Shown here: positions 25,246 through 25,727 of the stretch, piece after piece
Numbering within the stretch: position 1 is the first letter of the stretch
Layout: each line of letters starts with the position of its first letter
DNA from: Armatimonadota bacterium
GTDB taxonomy: Bacteria > Armatimonadota > Armatimonadia > Armatimonadales > Armatimonadaceae
Length of the DNA: 25,727 nt
Assembly: GCA_043754515.1 (NCBI GenBank)
Contig: JAYUUO010000254.1
Coordinates: 1-25,727, forward strand
Reading direction: 5' to 3'
The notes under the pieces: generated by a model
Told to the model about the DNA's origin: nothing
Seen by the model: only the letters and a program-made list of their open reading frames with translations
The model's database searches: none
Made by a program: the position numbers and the translations under genes

Positions 25246-25727
25246 TTACCTGTCGGATTTTTTGAACGATAAGCGCAACCCGCCGAGTTCGTCCGGTTGT
25301 ATTTGCAGGTAAGCGGCCTGCGGGTCAAGTTCGGCTTTCATGCTAGGAGGAGCGGGAGAGGAGATCGGTGCGACTGGCTCGGGAGTCGGCGTCGGGGATG
25401 CCACGACGGAGCCGTAGGTAGCCAGAGGCGTTGGAGTCGGCGTGGGGACGCTAGATCGCTAATTACTACTCGCGTTGGGGTCATTGTTACCGTGGTTCCC
25501 GCTAGCGACTAGGTGCCTTCCGTCTGAACGCCCTCGTTCATGGTGTACGTATGATCGGCGCGGAAGTCAATACTGAAGCTCCCGTAGGACTTCCCGGCCT
25601 CGAACGCCTCTTTGTTCGAGATCCGGCTACCGTCCGGATTTTGCGTGATTTTGCGTGATTGCAACGCCACGGATTCGGGGCGGATTCGCCAGCGCCCGAG
25701 AAGTACATCCGCAGGCTTCGGTCCGCC
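25246..25727 (-). pseudogene. 3' part of a disrupted gene for a lipocalin-like beta protein with a Pro/Thr-rich insert
   Basis: Not in the ORF track. Reads ...DVLLGRWRI...SIDFRADHTYTMNEGVQTEGT*SLAGTTVTMTP (TAG at 25511-25509, W expected), then a frameshift near 25450-25465, then VPTPTPTP...SPTPTPEP...LRLSFKKSDR*. Confidence 0.6.

Noticed and set aside
23437..25511. Stop-codon reassignment or readthrough to explain the in-frame TGA and TAG codons
   Set aside because: Intact genes here end in TAG (iscU, pilB, pilT) and TGA (hscB, SDR), and the same genes also carry frameshifts or deletions.
25637..25660. 10 bp tandem duplication TTGCGTGATT x2 as a frameshifting event
   Set aside because: The reading frame is protein-like on both sides (LLGRW upstream, IDFRADHTY downstream), so there is no evidence that it shifts the frame.
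1..25727. CRISPR array, tRNA/rRNA, transposase or integrase
   Set aside because: No regularly spaced repeat-spacer array, cloverleaf, rRNA-like segment, or DDE/HUH/recombinase motif was recognised.

Overview
This is a GC-rich bacterial chromosomal window. It is probably Armatimonadota or a similar lineage, inferred from the co-occurrence of a PEP-CTERM-type protein, a prepilin/H-X9-DG protein, a SARP/BTAD-STAND-TPR regulator and TATACT-N6/7-ATG leaderless starts. From left to right it holds: a frameshifted DUF1573 gene and a possible Y-family polymerase C-terminal remnant; an S9 peptidase, a GT2 glycosyltransferase and a CPA2 antiporter; a beta-propeller PEP-CTERM-type protein; a minus-strand isc cluster (iscR-iscS-[HEPN + frameshifted partner]-iscU-iscA, terminator, then orphan 93 aa gene-hscB, with no hscA or fdx); pilB, a fatty-acid-hydroxylase-family gene and pilT; an M3B oligoendopeptidase; a divergent FAD oxidoreductase; a BTAD-NB-ARC-TPR regulator; an SDR; and three consecutive pseudogenes. 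No CRISPR array, rRNA, tRNA, transposase or integrase was seen. I cannot demonstrate a new system. The best leads are: (i) an AT-rich HEPN/partner cassette embedded in the isc operon, whose partner is hidden by two frameshifts; (ii) an orphan gene coupled to hscB under its own leaderless promoter; (iii) four genes sharing a leaderless TATACT architecture; (iv) SARP-like direct repeats upstream of the PEP-CTERM gene; and (v) several candidate attenuator or sRNA elements.
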